The notes: generated from the sequence alone by a model not told the origin. Numbered from the stretch's first letter, positions 1 through 10,422 are shown. The stretch is 64,000 nt of DNA from Candidatus Rokuibacteriota bacterium (GCA_016184365.1 JACPCW010000088.1:12068-76067); one strand, 5' to 3'. Numbers and translations are program-made.

Positions 1-1
1 C

Positions 2-469
2 GCGCGGGGCGCGGTCGGCGGCAGCCTCGAGGAGTGCGTCCGGCGGCTCCGCGCCTACAAGCAGGCCGGCGTCGACGTGCTCTACGCGGAGGCGCTCCAG
101 TCGATGGACGAGGTGCGCGCGGTGCGGGCGCAGATCGAGGGCCCGTTCTTCGTGACGACGATGGCCATCCGGCCTCGGCCGACGTTCAAGGATCTGCAGG
201 AGGCCGGCGTGTCCGCGGCGCTGGTCTTCCTCCCGCACGTCGGGCTGACCGCCATGTGGGACATGCTGGAGGAGGTCCGGACGCGCGGGCTCGACGCCTG
301 GAACGAGTACGTGGACCGCACCCAGGACCACCCGCTCGGGAACTTCCGCGTCTTCGACCTCACCGGGTTTCCGACCGTGCGCGAGTGGGAGCAGAAGTAC
401 CTGTCGACGGAGACGCTCGAGAAGTACGAGCGATCGATCGGCGCCTACGAGCCGCGGGCGGGCGCCTGA
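2..469 (+). CDS. isocitrate lyase/PEP mutase (ICL/PEPM) superfamily protein, C-terminal part; 5' end outside window
   Basis: Frame open from the window edge (..LRAYKQAGVDVLYAEAL..). The tail FDLTGFPTVREWEQKYL..YERSIGAYEP is shared with the paralogs at 18637 and 19590 and the remnant at 11915. Confidence 0.8.
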   Translation, partial: ARGAVGGSLEECVRRLRAYKQAGVDVLYAEALQSMDEVRAVRAQIEGPFFVTTMAIRPRPTFKDLQEAGVSAALVFLPHVGLTAMWDMLEEVRTRGLDAWNEYVDRTQDHPLGNFRVFDLTGFPTVREWEQKYLSTETLEKYERSIGAYEPRAGA

Positions 470-496
470 GGCGGGCCCGGGGAGGCGAGGCCGGCC

Positions 497-1795
497 ATGG
501 GGCTCACGATGGCGGAGAAGATCCTGGCGCGCGCCGCCGGGAGGGCTCGTGTCGAGCCGGGGGAGATCGTCACCGTGGAGGTGGGCAAGGCGGTGCTGAT
601 CGACCTGAGCTTCGTGCCGACCTCGTTCCTCCGGTCCGAGATCCTGCGCGTGAAGGATCCGGAGCGCGTCGTGATCGTCTTCGATCACATCGTTCCCGCC
701 CGTGACGTCCAGAGCGCCGAGGCGCTCAAGATCGGGCGGGAGGTCGCCACGCGCCTCGGCATCCGCCGCTTCCACGACGTCGGGCCGGACCAGGGGATCT
801 GTCACCAGATCATCGCCGACTATGGCTACGCGGTTCCCGGAACCGTGCTCGTCTGTCCCGACTCCCACACCTGCAGCGCCGGCGCGTTCAACTGCGCCGC
901 GCGCGGCGTCGGCGGCCCGGAGGCGGTGTACGCCGCGTGCACGGGCCAGACGTGGTTCCGGGTCGCGCCGACGATCAGGTACCTGCTCGAGGGCGCGCCG
1001 CGCTTCGCGGTGAGCGCGAAGGACATCTTCCTCCACATCGCCGGCACGTGGGGTGACCACGTGAACACGAACGTCGAGTTCACCGGCCCGTACGCCGCGG
1101 CAATGACGCTCGACGCGCGGCGGACGCTCACCACGATGTGCGCCGAGATCAGCGCGGAGTTCGCGCTCTTCGAGGCCGACGACAAGACGATCGCGCACGT
1201 CCGCGCCCGCACAAGCGAGGCGTTCGAGCCGGTCGCGCCGGATCCCGACGCGCGGTACGAGGACGTCCGGACGATCGACGTCGGCGCCATCGACCCGATG
1301 GTGGCGCTGCCCGACACCGTCGTCCGCAACACGCGGCCGGTCGCGGAGGTGGGCGACGTCGCGATCCACCAGGCGTTCGTCGGGTCGTGCGCGAACGGCA
1401 CGCTCGACGACCTGGCGATGGCGGCGCGGGTCGTGAAGGGCCGCCGGGTCGCCCCGGGTGTCCGGTTCATCGTCACGCCGGGATCGCAGGCGATCTATCT
1501 CGAGGCGCTCCGGCGCGGTCTCGTGAGGACGCTGACCGAGTCCGGCGCGATCGTCACGTCCTCGACCTGCGGGGCGTGCGCGGGGCTGCATCTCGGAGCG
1601 CTCGCGGCCGGCGAGGTGTGCGTCACCGCGAGCACGAGGAACTTCAAGGGCCGCATGGGGAGCCCGGACGCGAAGGTCTTCATCGCGTCGCCGGCGACCG
1701 TTGCCGCCTCCGCCGTCCGCGGGAGGATCGTCGACCCGCGGGAACTGCTCCGGCGCAAGCGTCCCGCACGCGCCCGGAGCGCGAGCGCCCCATGA
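497..1795 (+). CDS. aconitase-family dehydratase large subunit (LeuC/HacA-like)
   Basis: 432 aa. MAEKILARAAG N-terminus; Fe-S ligand region GSCANG..STCGACAG..STRNFKGRMG. Confidence 0.85.
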   Translation: MGLTMAEKILARAAGRARVEPGEIVTVEVGKAVLIDLSFVPTSFLRSEILRVKDPERVVIVFDHIVPARDVQSAEALKIGREVATRLGIRRFHDVGPDQGICHQIIADYGYAVPGTVLVCPDSHTCSAGAFNCAARGVGGPEAVYAACTGQTWFRVAPTIRYLLEGAPRFAVSAKDIFLHIAGTWGDHVNTNVEFTGPYAAAMTLDARRTLTTMCAEISAEFALFEADDKTIAHVRARTSEAFEPVAPDPDARYEDVRTIDVGAIDPMVALPDTVVRNTRPVAEVGDVAIHQAFVGSCANGTLDDLAMAARVVKGRRVAPGVRFIVTPGSQAIYLEALRRGLVRTLTESGAIVTSSTCGACAGLHLGALAAGEVCVTASTRNFKGRMGSPDAKVFIASPATVAASAVRGRIVDPRELLRRKRPARARSASAP

Positions 1796-2328
1796 TCCAG
1801 GGACGCGTCTGGAAGTTCGGCAGCGACATCAATACGGACCTGATCCTGCCGACGCCGGTGATCTTCAAGCCGCCGGAGGAGCAGCCGCGGTGGGTGTTCT
1901 CCGCCAATCGTCCGGGGTGGGCGCAGGGAGTCCAGCCCGGGGACGTCATCGTGGCCGCGCGCAACTTCGGGACCGGCTCGGGCCGACCCGCCGCGCGAGT
2001 CCTGAAGGACCTCGGGATCGCGTGCGTCGTCGCCGAGTCCATCAACGGGCTGTTCTTCCGCAACTGCGTCAACTACGCGCTTCCGGCGCTCGAGTGCGCC
2101 GGCATCCACGACGCCTTCGACGAGCTGGACGTCGCCGAGATCGATTTCGAGCGCGCCACGGTCCGCAACCGGCGGACCGGACGCGCGCTCGCGGGGCGGC
2201 CGTGGCCGCTCTCGCTGCGCCGGATCCTCGAGGCCGGCGGATTGCTCGCGTTGCTCCGGACGGAGGGCTATCTCGGCCCCGTCGTCGAGAGCGGCACGGT
2301 CGGGACCGCCCCGATGGCTGGTCCCTGA
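1792..2328 (+). CDS. aconitase-family dehydratase small subunit (LeuD/HacB-like)
   Basis: ATGA overlap with the upstream stop. KFGSDINTDLILP and NFGTGSGRP motifs of the swivel domain. Confidence 0.85.
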   Translation: MIQGRVWKFGSDINTDLILPTPVIFKPPEEQPRWVFSANRPGWAQGVQPGDVIVAARNFGTGSGRPAARVLKDLGIACVVAESINGLFFRNCVNYALPALECAGIHDAFDELDVAEIDFERATVRNRRTGRALAGRPWPLSLRRILEAGGLLALLRTEGYLGPVVESGTVGTAPMAGP

Positions 2329-2343
2329 AACGGGAGGCTGCCA

Positions 2344-3984
2344 ATGCGACGCAACATTCTCTGGGGTGCCGGGTTCGTTCTCGTCCTCGCCGTGCTGCTC
2401 GTCGTCCTCCCCGACCTGGCCGAGCGCCGTGGCGCGCCCGGCGCGGCCGTCGCGAGCACCGAGAAGCCGGAGCCGGGTGGCATCCCCCGCGTCGGGAATC
2501 GCCGGGATCCCGACGTGTCGGACCCGATGCAGTGGACCAGCATCACGTACGCCCAGCCGCAGTACAACCTCTACAGCCAGCTCGTCCGGCGCGGGTATCC
2601 CGACGAGACGACGGTGGAGCCGGATCTGGCCGAGCGCTGGGACGTGAGCGCCGATGACCGCGTCTACACCTTCCATCTCCGGAAGAACGCGAAGTGGCAC
2701 GACGGCAAGCCGTTCACGGCGCGGGACGTGGAGTACTGGGTGAACCGCGGCAAGACCCCGCCGGCCGGCGTGCTGAACCTCTTCAGGGCCACCTTCGCCG
2801 AGATCGCGAAGCTCGAGGTCCTCGACGATCGCACCGTCCGCATGACGCTCGTCAAGGGACGTCCCGGGTTCCTGTTCGACCTCGCGACGAACTACAACCG
2901 GATGGCGCATCCGCGCCACCTCTTCGAGGGCAAGGAGCCGCAGCGTCCCGACGCGGTCGGGTACGTGGGCACGGGGCCGTTCAAGTTCAAGCGGTACCGC
3001 CGGGGCAGCCTCTTCGAGATCGAGAAGAACCCGGACTACTTCATGCCGGGCCTGCCGTACCTCGACGGCATCCAGTACTTCATCACGCAGGACGCCGCCA
3101 CGCACTTCGCGCTGTTTCGCACGGGCCGCCTCGACCTGACCGGACGCGCGGCCGGCTGGTACATGACGTCGCCGCAGATCGACATCCTCAAGCGCGAGAT
3201 GGGCGAGCGCGTGCGGTTCGGCTCGTTCTTCAACGTCGCCTGGCACCTCCTGTACAACCCGTCGTTCGCGCCGTTCGCCGACGTGCGCGTGCGGAAGGCC
3301 ATCACGCTCTGGCTGAATCGACAGGAGGCGGTCCGGGCGATCGAGGAGGGACAGGGCGTGCCCGGCGCGTACTTCCCGCCGCGTGCCGCGTATGCGCTGA
3401 TCGACTGGTCGCGCCAGCCCGGCTGGCGCGCGAGCAAGGAGGCGGACCGGGAGGAGGCGAAGCGCCTGCTCGCCGAGGCCGGCTACAAGAACGGCTTCAG
3501 CTTCGTCCTGCTCACGCGAGACCTGTGGGTGCGGCCCGGGGAGTGGGTGCTCGGTGACCTCAAGGGGCTCGGCATCACGGCGACCCTCGACGTGGTGGAC
3601 CAGCCGACGCGGTCGAAGCGCAACGCGGAGGGGCGCTTCCAGGCCGACCTCCTGACCATCCAGGGCATCGCGCTCGAGCAGATGCTCGCGGACTTCCACA
3701 CCTCGAACACGACCGGGATGCTGCCGGCGTGGAAGGGACGCCCGGAAGCGGCGCACGTCGACAAGCTGCTCGACGCGGCGGTGGCGACGGCGGATGCCGC
3801 CGAACGGAAGCGGATGGCTACGGAGCTCGAGCGGTACATCTACATCGACCAGGCCCTCGTCGCGCCGATCGACGTCCCGCGCACCACGCAGGCGTGGCTC
3901 GACACCGTGCACGGCTACCGACAACCGATCGTCGACCAGTCGGTGCACAACGACATGCAGTGGGTATGGCTGAAGCGCCGGTAG
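2344..3984 (+). CDS. ABC transporter substrate-binding protein, family 5 (DppA/OppA-like)
   Basis: 546 aa with an N-terminal hydrophobic signal/anchor. YTFHLRKNAKWHDGKPFTARDV-type family-5 core. Confidence 0.8.
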   Translation: MRRNILWGAGFVLVLAVLLVVLPDLAERRGAPGAAVASTEKPEPGGIPRVGNRRDPDVSDPMQWTSITYAQPQYNLYSQLVRRGYPDETTVEPDLAERWDVSADDRVYTFHLRKNAKWHDGKPFTARDVEYWVNRGKTPPAGVLNLFRATFAEIAKLEVLDDRTVRMTLVKGRPGFLFDLATNYNRMAHPRHLFEGKEPQRPDAVGYVGTGPFKFKRYRRGSLFEIEKNPDYFMPGLPYLDGIQYFITQDAATHFALFRTGRLDLTGRAAGWYMTSPQIDILKREMGERVRFGSFFNVAWHLLYNPSFAPFADVRVRKAITLWLNRQEAVRAIEEGQGVPGAYFPPRAAYALIDWSRQPGWRASKEADREEAKRLLAEAGYKNGFSFVLLTRDLWVRPGEWVLGDLKGLGITATLDVVDQPTRSKRNAEGRFQADLLTIQGIALEQMLADFHTSNTTGMLPAWKGRPEAAHVDKLLDAAVATADAAERKRMATELERYIYIDQALVAPIDVPRTTQAWLDTVHGYRQPIVDQSVHNDMQWVWLKRR

Positions 3985-4019
3985 AGCGGACGGCCCCCTG
4001 ACGGGGGCCAGGGGACGGG

Positions 4020-4985
4020 ATGCGCGTCTACATCGCGAAGCGCGTCCTCCTGTTCGTGCCGACGCTTGCCATCGCGTCGGCGCTGGTCTTCCTGGTGATG
4101 CGCGTCCTGCCGGGCGACGTCGCGCTCGCGATCCTCGTGTCGCGCGAGACGCCGGGCGTGGTCGCGAACGAGGACGACATCACACGACTCCGCGCCCAGC
4201 TCGGTCTGGCGGACCCGCTTCCCGTCCAGTACCTCACCTGGGTGCGGAGCCTCGCGACGGGCAACGCGGGCCTGTCGCTCTACACGCGGCGTCCCGTTGC
4301 CGAGCTCATCGGCGAGCGCCTCCCGGTGACGCTCCACCTCGCGGTCTACACCGTGCTGATCAGCCTCTTCGTCTCGATCCCGCTGGGCGCGCTCGCCGCG
4401 GTGCGGCAGGACCGCTGGCCGGATTACGTGGTGCGCGCGGGCACGATCCTCGGGCTCGCCACGCCGGGATTCTGGATCGGGCTGATCGTGCTGCTCCTGC
4501 TCGTGCTGCTGTTCCGGTGGGTGCCGAGCCCGGTCTACTACCACGTCTGGGAGGACGCGCGCGAGAACGTCTCTCTCCTCGTGTTCCCGGCCGTGATCCT
4601 CGCGTGGCGCTTCAGCTCCTACCAGGCGCGCATGGTCCGCGCCAACCTGCTCGAGGTCCTGCGGCAGGATTACATCCGGACCGCCTACAGCAAGGGGCTG
4701 GCGGAACCCATCGTGGTGCTGCGCCATGCGCTTCGCAACGCGATGCTTCCCGTGCTGACCCTGATCGGCGGCGAGCTCACGGCGCTCATGTCCGGCACCG
4801 TGATCCTCGAGAACGTGTTCAACGTCCCGGGTCTCGGCGACGCGCTCATCAACGCCATGCGCCAGCGCGATTACCCCGTCGTCGAGAACCTGCTGATGTT
4901 CTACATGACCTTCACGCTGACCATCAATCTCGTCATCGACCTGGTGTACGCGGTGATCAATCCGCGCATCCGGTACGCTGAGTAG
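4020..4985 (+). CDS. ABC transporter permease (DppB/OppB-like)
   Basis: 321 aa, multi-TM, with the conserved loop DYIRTAYSKGL. Confidence 0.85.
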   Translation: MRVYIAKRVLLFVPTLAIASALVFLVMRVLPGDVALAILVSRETPGVVANEDDITRLRAQLGLADPLPVQYLTWVRSLATGNAGLSLYTRRPVAELIGERLPVTLHLAVYTVLISLFVSIPLGALAAVRQDRWPDYVVRAGTILGLATPGFWIGLIVLLLLVLLFRWVPSPVYYHVWEDARENVSLLVFPAVILAWRFSSYQARMVRANLLEVLRQDYIRTAYSKGLAEPIVVLRHALRNAMLPVLTLIGGELTALMSGTVILENVFNVPGLGDALINAMRQRDYPVVENLLMFYMTFTLTINLVIDLVYAVINPRIRYAE

Positions 4986-4993
4986 CGCGCGCG

Positions 4994-5992
4994 ATGGGCC
5001 TGCCGCGAAGCGCGACGGAGCGAGCGGAGGTCCGCGCCGGCGCGTCATCGGCGACCATCGCCCCGCCCGCACTGCCGCGGGCCGCCGTCCGCGGCGACGG
5101 GTATCCCGCGGCGCGCGCCGGCGGTGCCCCGATCGCCGCCAGGGCGCGCGGGTGGGCGCGATCCGTGCTGCGTTTCGCGCATCGCAAGCCTCTCGGCGCG
5201 GCGAGCGGCGCGGTGCTCACGCTGTGCGTCCTGGCCGCGCTCCTGGCGCCGGTGGTGAGCCCTCATGACCCCGTCGCCCAGGACGTCCCGAACCAGTTCC
5301 GGTCTCCCGATCGCACGTACTGGATGGGGACCGATCACCTCGGCCGGGACGTCCTGAGCCGCATCATCCACGGTGCTCGTATCTCGCTGTCGGTCGGATT
5401 CCTCGCCGTCGGCGTGGCGGCGCTCATCGGCATCGTGGCCGGTACCAGCTCCGCGTATTTCGGCGGCCTGCTCGACCTCCTGCTCCAGCGCGTCATCGAC
5501 ACGATGATGGGCGTCCCGGCGCTCGTCGTCGCCATGGTCATCATGTTCGTGCTCGGTTCCTCGCTGACCAACGTCGTTCTCGCCATCACGGTCGCGTACA
5601 CGCCGCAGTTCGTGCGCATCGTGCGCTCGGAGGCGCTGGCGGTGAAGGAGACCGATTACGTGGTGGCCGCCGCGGCGTCGGGAGCGAGCTCGGCGCGTGT
5701 GCTCGGGTTCCACATCATTCCGAACACGCTGACCTCCGTCTTCGTCTTCGCCACGGGCGCCCTCGGCGGTGCGATCGTCGCCGAGGCGTCGCTGTCGTTT
5801 CTCGGGCTCGGCATCCCGCCGCCCGCGCCGTCCTGGGGCCAGATGCTGCAGGGCGCGGCCCGGCTGCACATGGAGACGTTCCCGTGGCTGGTCATCTTCC
5901 CGGGCCTGACGATCACGCTCGTCGTGTACGCGTTCAACATGCTGGGGGACGCGCTGCGTGACGTCCTCGACCCTCGCTTGCGCGAGCGATAG
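4994..5992 (+). CDS. ABC transporter permease (DppC/OppC-like); true start probably downstream of 4994
   Basis: GTDHLGRDVLSRIIHGARISL motif and multiple TM segments. The first ~60 aa are Ala/Arg-rich and unlikely to be native. Confidence 0.8.
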   Translation: MGLPRSATERAEVRAGASSATIAPPALPRAAVRGDGYPAARAGGAPIAARARGWARSVLRFAHRKPLGAASGAVLTLCVLAALLAPVVSPHDPVAQDVPNQFRSPDRTYWMGTDHLGRDVLSRIIHGARISLSVGFLAVGVAALIGIVAGTSSAYFGGLLDLLLQRVIDTMMGVPALVVAMVIMFVLGSSLTNVVLAITVAYTPQFVRIVRSEALAVKETDYVVAAAASGASSARVLGFHIIPNTLTSVFVFATGALGGAIVAEASLSFLGLGIPPPAPSWGQMLQGAARLHMETFPWLVIFPGLTITLVVYAFNMLGDALRDVLDPRLRER

Positions 5993-6003
5993 GATTCCAC
6001 CGC

Positions 6004-7362
6004 ATGGGCACCACCGAGATCCTGGCGCGTCACATCGTGGAGACCACCTACGACGCGCTACCGGCCGGGGTGGTGCGCGCCGCGAAGGACGTCATCCTCG
6101 ACGGCGTCGGCGTGATGCTGGCGGGCTCGCAGGAGGAGCCGCCCCGCATCGTCGCCGAGTACGTCCGCGAGATGGGCGGTGCGCCCCGGTGCACCGTGTT
6201 CGGCCACGGCTTCAAGACGTCGCCGCCCATGGCGGCCTTCGTCAACGGCGTCTCCGGCCACGTCCTCGACTTCGAGCCCATGTGGCACCCGGCCACGCAT
6301 GCGACCTCGCCGACGCTGCCTTCGATCCTCGCCCTGGCCGAGACGCGCGACGTCACCGGCCGGGACGCGATCACCGCGCTCGCGGTGGCGTTCGAGGTGC
6401 AGGGCCGCCTCCGGCTCGGAGGCTTCGCGACCGAGGAGATGGCGCGCATCGGCTTCCATCCGCCTGGCACCGTGGGTCCGCTCGGGGCTGCCGCCGCCGG
6501 GGCGGTGCTCCTGGGGCTCGACGTGCAGCAGACGCGCTGGGCCCTCGGTCTCGCGGCCAGCCGGAGCGGCACGCTCGCGGCGAACATCGGCAGCATGACG
6601 AAGTCGTCCCACTGCGGCAACGCCGGGCGCATGGGTCTCGAGGCGGCGCTGCTGGCGGCGAAAGGTTTCACGGCCAGCGAGGACGTCATCGAGGCGCCGG
6701 CCGGGTGGGCGCGGCTCTTCCATCCCGAGGGCTTCGACTTCACCGCCGCCGAGGCGTTCGGCCGCCCCTGGCGCATGGTGGATCCGGGCCTCGCCACCAA
6801 GAAGTACCCGTCGCAGTACGGAACGCACCGCGGCATCGACGCCGCGCTGGAGCTGCGACGGACGCACGGCCTCGATCCCGCCGGGATCGCCGGCGTGCTG
6901 ATCCGCGGACCGGTCATGCCGTACATCGACCGGCCGTTCCCGAGGACCGGCCTCGAGGGCAAGTTCAGCTACCAGTACACCGTCGCCGCGGCGCTGCTGG
7001 ACGGCGGCATCGAGATCGACACCTTCCGCGACGCTCGCCGCTTCGCTCCCGAGATGGAGGCGTTGCTCCGCAAGGTGGAGCTCCGGATGGACCCGGCGAT
7101 CCCCGGCGACCTCGAGAACATGTGGGTCGAGGTGACCGTGCGCACCGCCGCCGGCCGCACGCTGACCGCGCGCTGCGATCGGCCGCGCGGCATCTGGGGC
7201 AACCCGCTCACGCCGGACGAACGCCTCGCGAAGTTCCGTGCCACGGCCGGCGTGCTGCTCGCCGCGCCGCAGGTCGAGCGGGCGCAGGCGCTCATCGAGA
7301 GCCTCGAGACATTGCCCACGCTGCGGGATCTGATCGAAGTGCTGCACGCGAAGGAGGCATGA
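6004..7362 (+). CDS. MmgE/PrpD family protein (2-methylcitrate dehydratase-like)
   Basis: 452 aa. The N-terminal TEILARHIVETTYDALP and overall pattern are typical of the PrpD fold. Confidence 0.8.
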   Translation: MGTTEILARHIVETTYDALPAGVVRAAKDVILDGVGVMLAGSQEEPPRIVAEYVREMGGAPRCTVFGHGFKTSPPMAAFVNGVSGHVLDFEPMWHPATHATSPTLPSILALAETRDVTGRDAITALAVAFEVQGRLRLGGFATEEMARIGFHPPGTVGPLGAAAAGAVLLGLDVQQTRWALGLAASRSGTLAANIGSMTKSSHCGNAGRMGLEAALLAAKGFTASEDVIEAPAGWARLFHPEGFDFTAAEAFGRPWRMVDPGLATKKYPSQYGTHRGIDAALELRRTHGLDPAGIAGVLIRGPVMPYIDRPFPRTGLEGKFSYQYTVAAALLDGGIEIDTFRDARRFAPEMEALLRKVELRMDPAIPGDLENMWVEVTVRTAAGRTLTARCDRPRGIWGNPLTPDERLAKFRATAGVLLAAPQVERAQALIESLETLPTLRDLIEVLHAKEA

Positions 7363-7365
7363 ACC

Positions 7366-8250
7366 GTGAGGACATCGACGAGGCTGCGACAGCTCCTCGA
7401 GCAGGGTCTCGTGTTCGCGCCGGGCGTGTACAACGCGATGTTCGCGAAGCTCGTCGAGCACGTCGGGTTCGACGCGGTGTACGTGACCGGCTTCGGAACC
7501 GCGGCCCGGTACGGCTACGCCGACGTCGGGCTCGTCACGCAGACCGAGATGGTCGACAACCTGCGCTACATCTGCCGGGCCACCGGCCTGCCGGTCATCG
7601 CCGACATGGACACGGGCTACGGCAACGTCATCAACCTGCGCCGCACCGTGCGCGAGTACGAGCGCGCGGGCGTCGCCGGCTTCCACATGGAGGACCAGGT
7701 CTTCCCCAAGAAGTGCGGCTTCATGGAGGGCAAGCAGGTGATCCCGATCGAGGAGGCCGTGCAGAAGGTGCGGGCCGCCCTCGACGCGCGCGCCGACCCC
7801 GACACGGTGATGATCGCGCGCACGGACGCGCTCGCGCCGAACGGCTGGGACGACGCGATCCGGCGAGCCCGCGCCTACCGCGAGGCCGGCGCCGACCTGG
7901 TGTTCATGGATGGCATCCGCACCCGCGACGAGCTCGAGACGTACAGCCGCGAGCTCGCGACGAAGGGCGTGCCGTGTCTCTACAACGGCGTCCTGGTGTC
8001 GGCCGCCGAGGCCCAGGCGCTCGGATTCAAGATCCAGATTCTCGCCGGTGCCGCGCTCGCCGCCGTCTGGGCCAGCGCGAACGCCGCGATGGAGGAGCTC
8101 ATGTCGGCGGGCACCGTCGAGCAGGCGATGGCGCGCTACGGCGTTCCGCCCGAGGGCGAGACGTTGACCGACCTCCTCGGAGTGCCGGAGGTCTACGAGC
8201 TCGAGCGGCGGTACGGTCGCTACGAGACGCCGCCGATCGCGGCGCGGTGA
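7366..8250 (+). CDS. ICL/PEPM superfamily protein (alkylmalate/methylisocitrate lyase-like), KKCGF loop type
   Basis: GTG start. DMDTGYGN, EDQVFPKKCGF and ARTDA motifs; tail LLGVPEVYELERRY. Confidence 0.85.
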   Translation: MRTSTRLRQLLEQGLVFAPGVYNAMFAKLVEHVGFDAVYVTGFGTAARYGYADVGLVTQTEMVDNLRYICRATGLPVIADMDTGYGNVINLRRTVREYERAGVAGFHMEDQVFPKKCGFMEGKQVIPIEEAVQKVRAALDARADPDTVMIARTDALAPNGWDDAIRRARAYREAGADLVFMDGIRTRDELETYSRELATKGVPCLYNGVLVSAAEAQALGFKIQILAGAALAAVWASANAAMEELMSAGTVEQAMARYGVPPEGETLTDLLGVPEVYELERRYGRYETPPIAAR

Positions 8251-8264
8251 AGGGGATTCGTGCG

Positions 8265-9140
8265 ATGAGCAAGGGCAAGCAGCTTCGCGAGGCAATGGCG
8301 AACGGGCTCGTCGTCGCCCCGTTCGTCTACGACGGGTTCACGGCGAAGATCGCCCGGCGCCACGGTGCGAAGGCGATCTACATGAGCGGCTTCGGCACCG
8401 CGGCGCAGCTCGGGATGCCGGACGTCGGCCTGACGAGCTTCGCCGAGATGGTCGACAACCTCCGTTACGTCGCCGGCGCCGTCGACGTCCCCGTGATCGC
8501 GGACGCCGACACGGGGTACGGCAATCCCGTCAACGCGCGGCGCACGGTGCGCGAGTACGAGGAAGCGGGCGCGGCCGCGCTCCACCTGGAAGACCAGGTC
8601 TTTCCCAAGAAGTGCGGCTTCTTCGCCGGCAAGCAGGTCGTGCCGAAGGAGGAGCACGTGTACAAGATCCAGGCGGCGCTGGACGCGCGGCAGGACCCCG
8701 AGTTCGTCATCATCGCGCGCACGGACGCGCTCGCCCCGAACGGGTGGCCCGACGCGATCGATCGCTGCCTCGCCTACCACAAGGCCGGCGCCGATCTCGT
8801 CTTCGTGGACGGCATCCGGACGCTCGAGGATCTCGACATCTACCAGCGAGAGCTGGTCGGCCAGGGAGTTGCGTGCCTGTACAACGGCGGGCTCGAGCCG
8901 ACCGCGCGCGTGGCGGCGCGCGGGTTCCGCGTGATGATCACCGGCAGCGCTCACCGCCTCTCGTACGCGGCGTTCCGCCACGCGCTCCTGGAGATCAAGA
9001 GCACCGGCGGCACCGGCCAGCCCCGCAACGCCGATCAGTTCCGCGCGATCACCGACCTCCTGGGCTTGCCGGAGGTGTACGAGCTCGAGCGTCGTTACGC
9101 GAGCGCGGCCTCGGGACCTGGCCGCTCGGAAGGGAGCTGA
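8265..9140 (+). CDS. ICL/PEPM superfamily protein, KKCGF loop type
   Basis: ATG at 8265 inside a longer spurious ORF. DADTGYGN, EDQVFPKKCGF and ARTDA motifs; tail LLGLPEVYELERRY. Confidence 0.85.
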   Translation: MSKGKQLREAMANGLVVAPFVYDGFTAKIARRHGAKAIYMSGFGTAAQLGMPDVGLTSFAEMVDNLRYVAGAVDVPVIADADTGYGNPVNARRTVREYEEAGAAALHLEDQVFPKKCGFFAGKQVVPKEEHVYKIQAALDARQDPEFVIIARTDALAPNGWPDAIDRCLAYHKAGADLVFVDGIRTLEDLDIYQRELVGQGVACLYNGGLEPTARVAARGFRVMITGSAHRLSYAAFRHALLEIKSTGGTGQPRNADQFRAITDLLGLPEVYELERRYASAASGPGRSEGS

Positions 9141-9144
9141 CGTC

Positions 9145-10392
9145 ATGGGTATGACGATCGCGGAGAAGATCCTCGCGGCCCACGCCGGTGTCAACAGCGC
9201 GAAGCCGGGCCAGTACGTCTGGTGCAAGGTCGACGCGACCGGCGGGCACATGCTCCCCGCCCTCGAGCGCCTCGGAGTGGACCGCGTGTGGGACCCGGAG
9301 AAGGTGTTCGTCGTCGACGATCACCAGGCCCCGCCGCCGACGATCGATGCCGCGAACCACGTCAAGAACGTGCGGCGGCTCGTCAAGAAGTACGGGATCA
9401 AAAACTACTTCGAGTACGGGCGGGGCGGCATCCTTCACCAGGTGTTCGCGGAGCACGGCATGTACGCTCCGGGCGATCTGGTCGCCCAGGGCGACTCGCA
9501 CTCGACGTCGGGAGGCGTCTTCAACGCGTGCGTCACCAACGCCGCGCTGGACGGGGTGCACATCCTCGCCTTCGGCGAGCTGTGGTTCCGCGTCCCCGAG
9601 TCGGTGCGCGTGGTGCTGAACGGCACGCTGCCGGCGTGGTGCGTCGGCAAGGACGTCATCCTGAAACTCGCGAGCGAGCTCGGGACCGACTTCGGTCTGT
9701 ACCGGTCCATCGAGTACGTCGGTCCGGTCGCCTCGCAGATGACGCTCGCCCAGCGATGGACCATCACCAACATGGGCGTCGAGGTCGGGGCGAAGTTCGC
9801 CATCTTCGAGGCGGACGAGAAGACGGACGAGTTCCTCCTCGGGCGGGTGAGTCGGCCGTACACGCGCGTCACCGCGGACAGCGATGCGTCGTACGCGGCG
9901 GAGTACGAGTTCGATCTGAGCGACCTCGTCCCGATGGTGGCCCGGCCCGGCGACCCCGGCAACGGGGTGCCCGCGGAGGCGGTCGCCCGCGAGCACGTCA
10001 AGATCGACCAGGCGTTCCTCGGCTCCTGCACCAATGCGCGGCTGGAGGACCTGGAAGTCGCGGCGCGGATCCTGAAGGGAAAGCAGATCCACCCGGACGT
10101 TCGCATGCTGGTGAGCCCGTCCTCGCAGGAGGTCTTCGGGCACGCCTTGAAGGCGGGCTATCTCGGGATCCTCGCGGAGGCTGGCGCGCTCGTGGAGCAC
10201 TCGACGTGCGGCCCTTGCTACGGCGGCCACCTGGGCGTGCTCGGCGACGGCGAGGTCTGCATCTCGACGAGCAACCGCAACTTCCAGGGGCGCATGGGCA
10301 GCCCGCTCGCCAGCGTGTACCTCTCGAGTCCGGCGACCGTCGCGGCGTCGGCGCTCGCGGGCGAGATCGTCGACCCGCGCGCGTACCTGTAG
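9145..10392 (+). CDS. aconitase-family dehydratase large subunit (second LeuC/HacA-like copy)
   Basis: 415 aa. MTIAEKILAAHAG; GSCTNARLEDL; STCGPCYGGHLG; SNRNFQGRMGS. Confidence 0.85.
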   Translation: MGMTIAEKILAAHAGVNSAKPGQYVWCKVDATGGHMLPALERLGVDRVWDPEKVFVVDDHQAPPPTIDAANHVKNVRRLVKKYGIKNYFEYGRGGILHQVFAEHGMYAPGDLVAQGDSHSTSGGVFNACVTNAALDGVHILAFGELWFRVPESVRVVLNGTLPAWCVGKDVILKLASELGTDFGLYRSIEYVGPVASQMTLAQRWTITNMGVEVGAKFAIFEADEKTDEFLLGRVSRPYTRVTADSDASYAAEYEFDLSDLVPMVARPGDPGNGVPAEAVAREHVKIDQAFLGSCTNARLEDLEVAARILKGKQIHPDVRMLVSPSSQEVFGHALKAGYLGILAEAGALVEHSTCGPCYGGHLGVLGDGEVCISTSNRNFQGRMGSPLASVYLSSPATVAASALAGEIVDPRAYL

Positions 10393-10422
10393 AGGCGTTT
10401 TCGAAAACCGAGGAGTGACGCC

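Noticed and set aside
1495-3948. Very long overlapping or antisense ORFs, for example 1495-3948(-), 5958-9140(+), 6058-8295(-), 9049-11094(-), 13014-16613(+), 13375-15480(-), 28906-31257(+), 32952-35036(+), 42965-44617(-) and 58801-62202(-).
   Set aside because: Their translations are dominated by Arg/Ala/Gly/Pro/Asp, as is typical of off-frame reading of GC-rich genes. Each overlaps a gene with clear family motifs.
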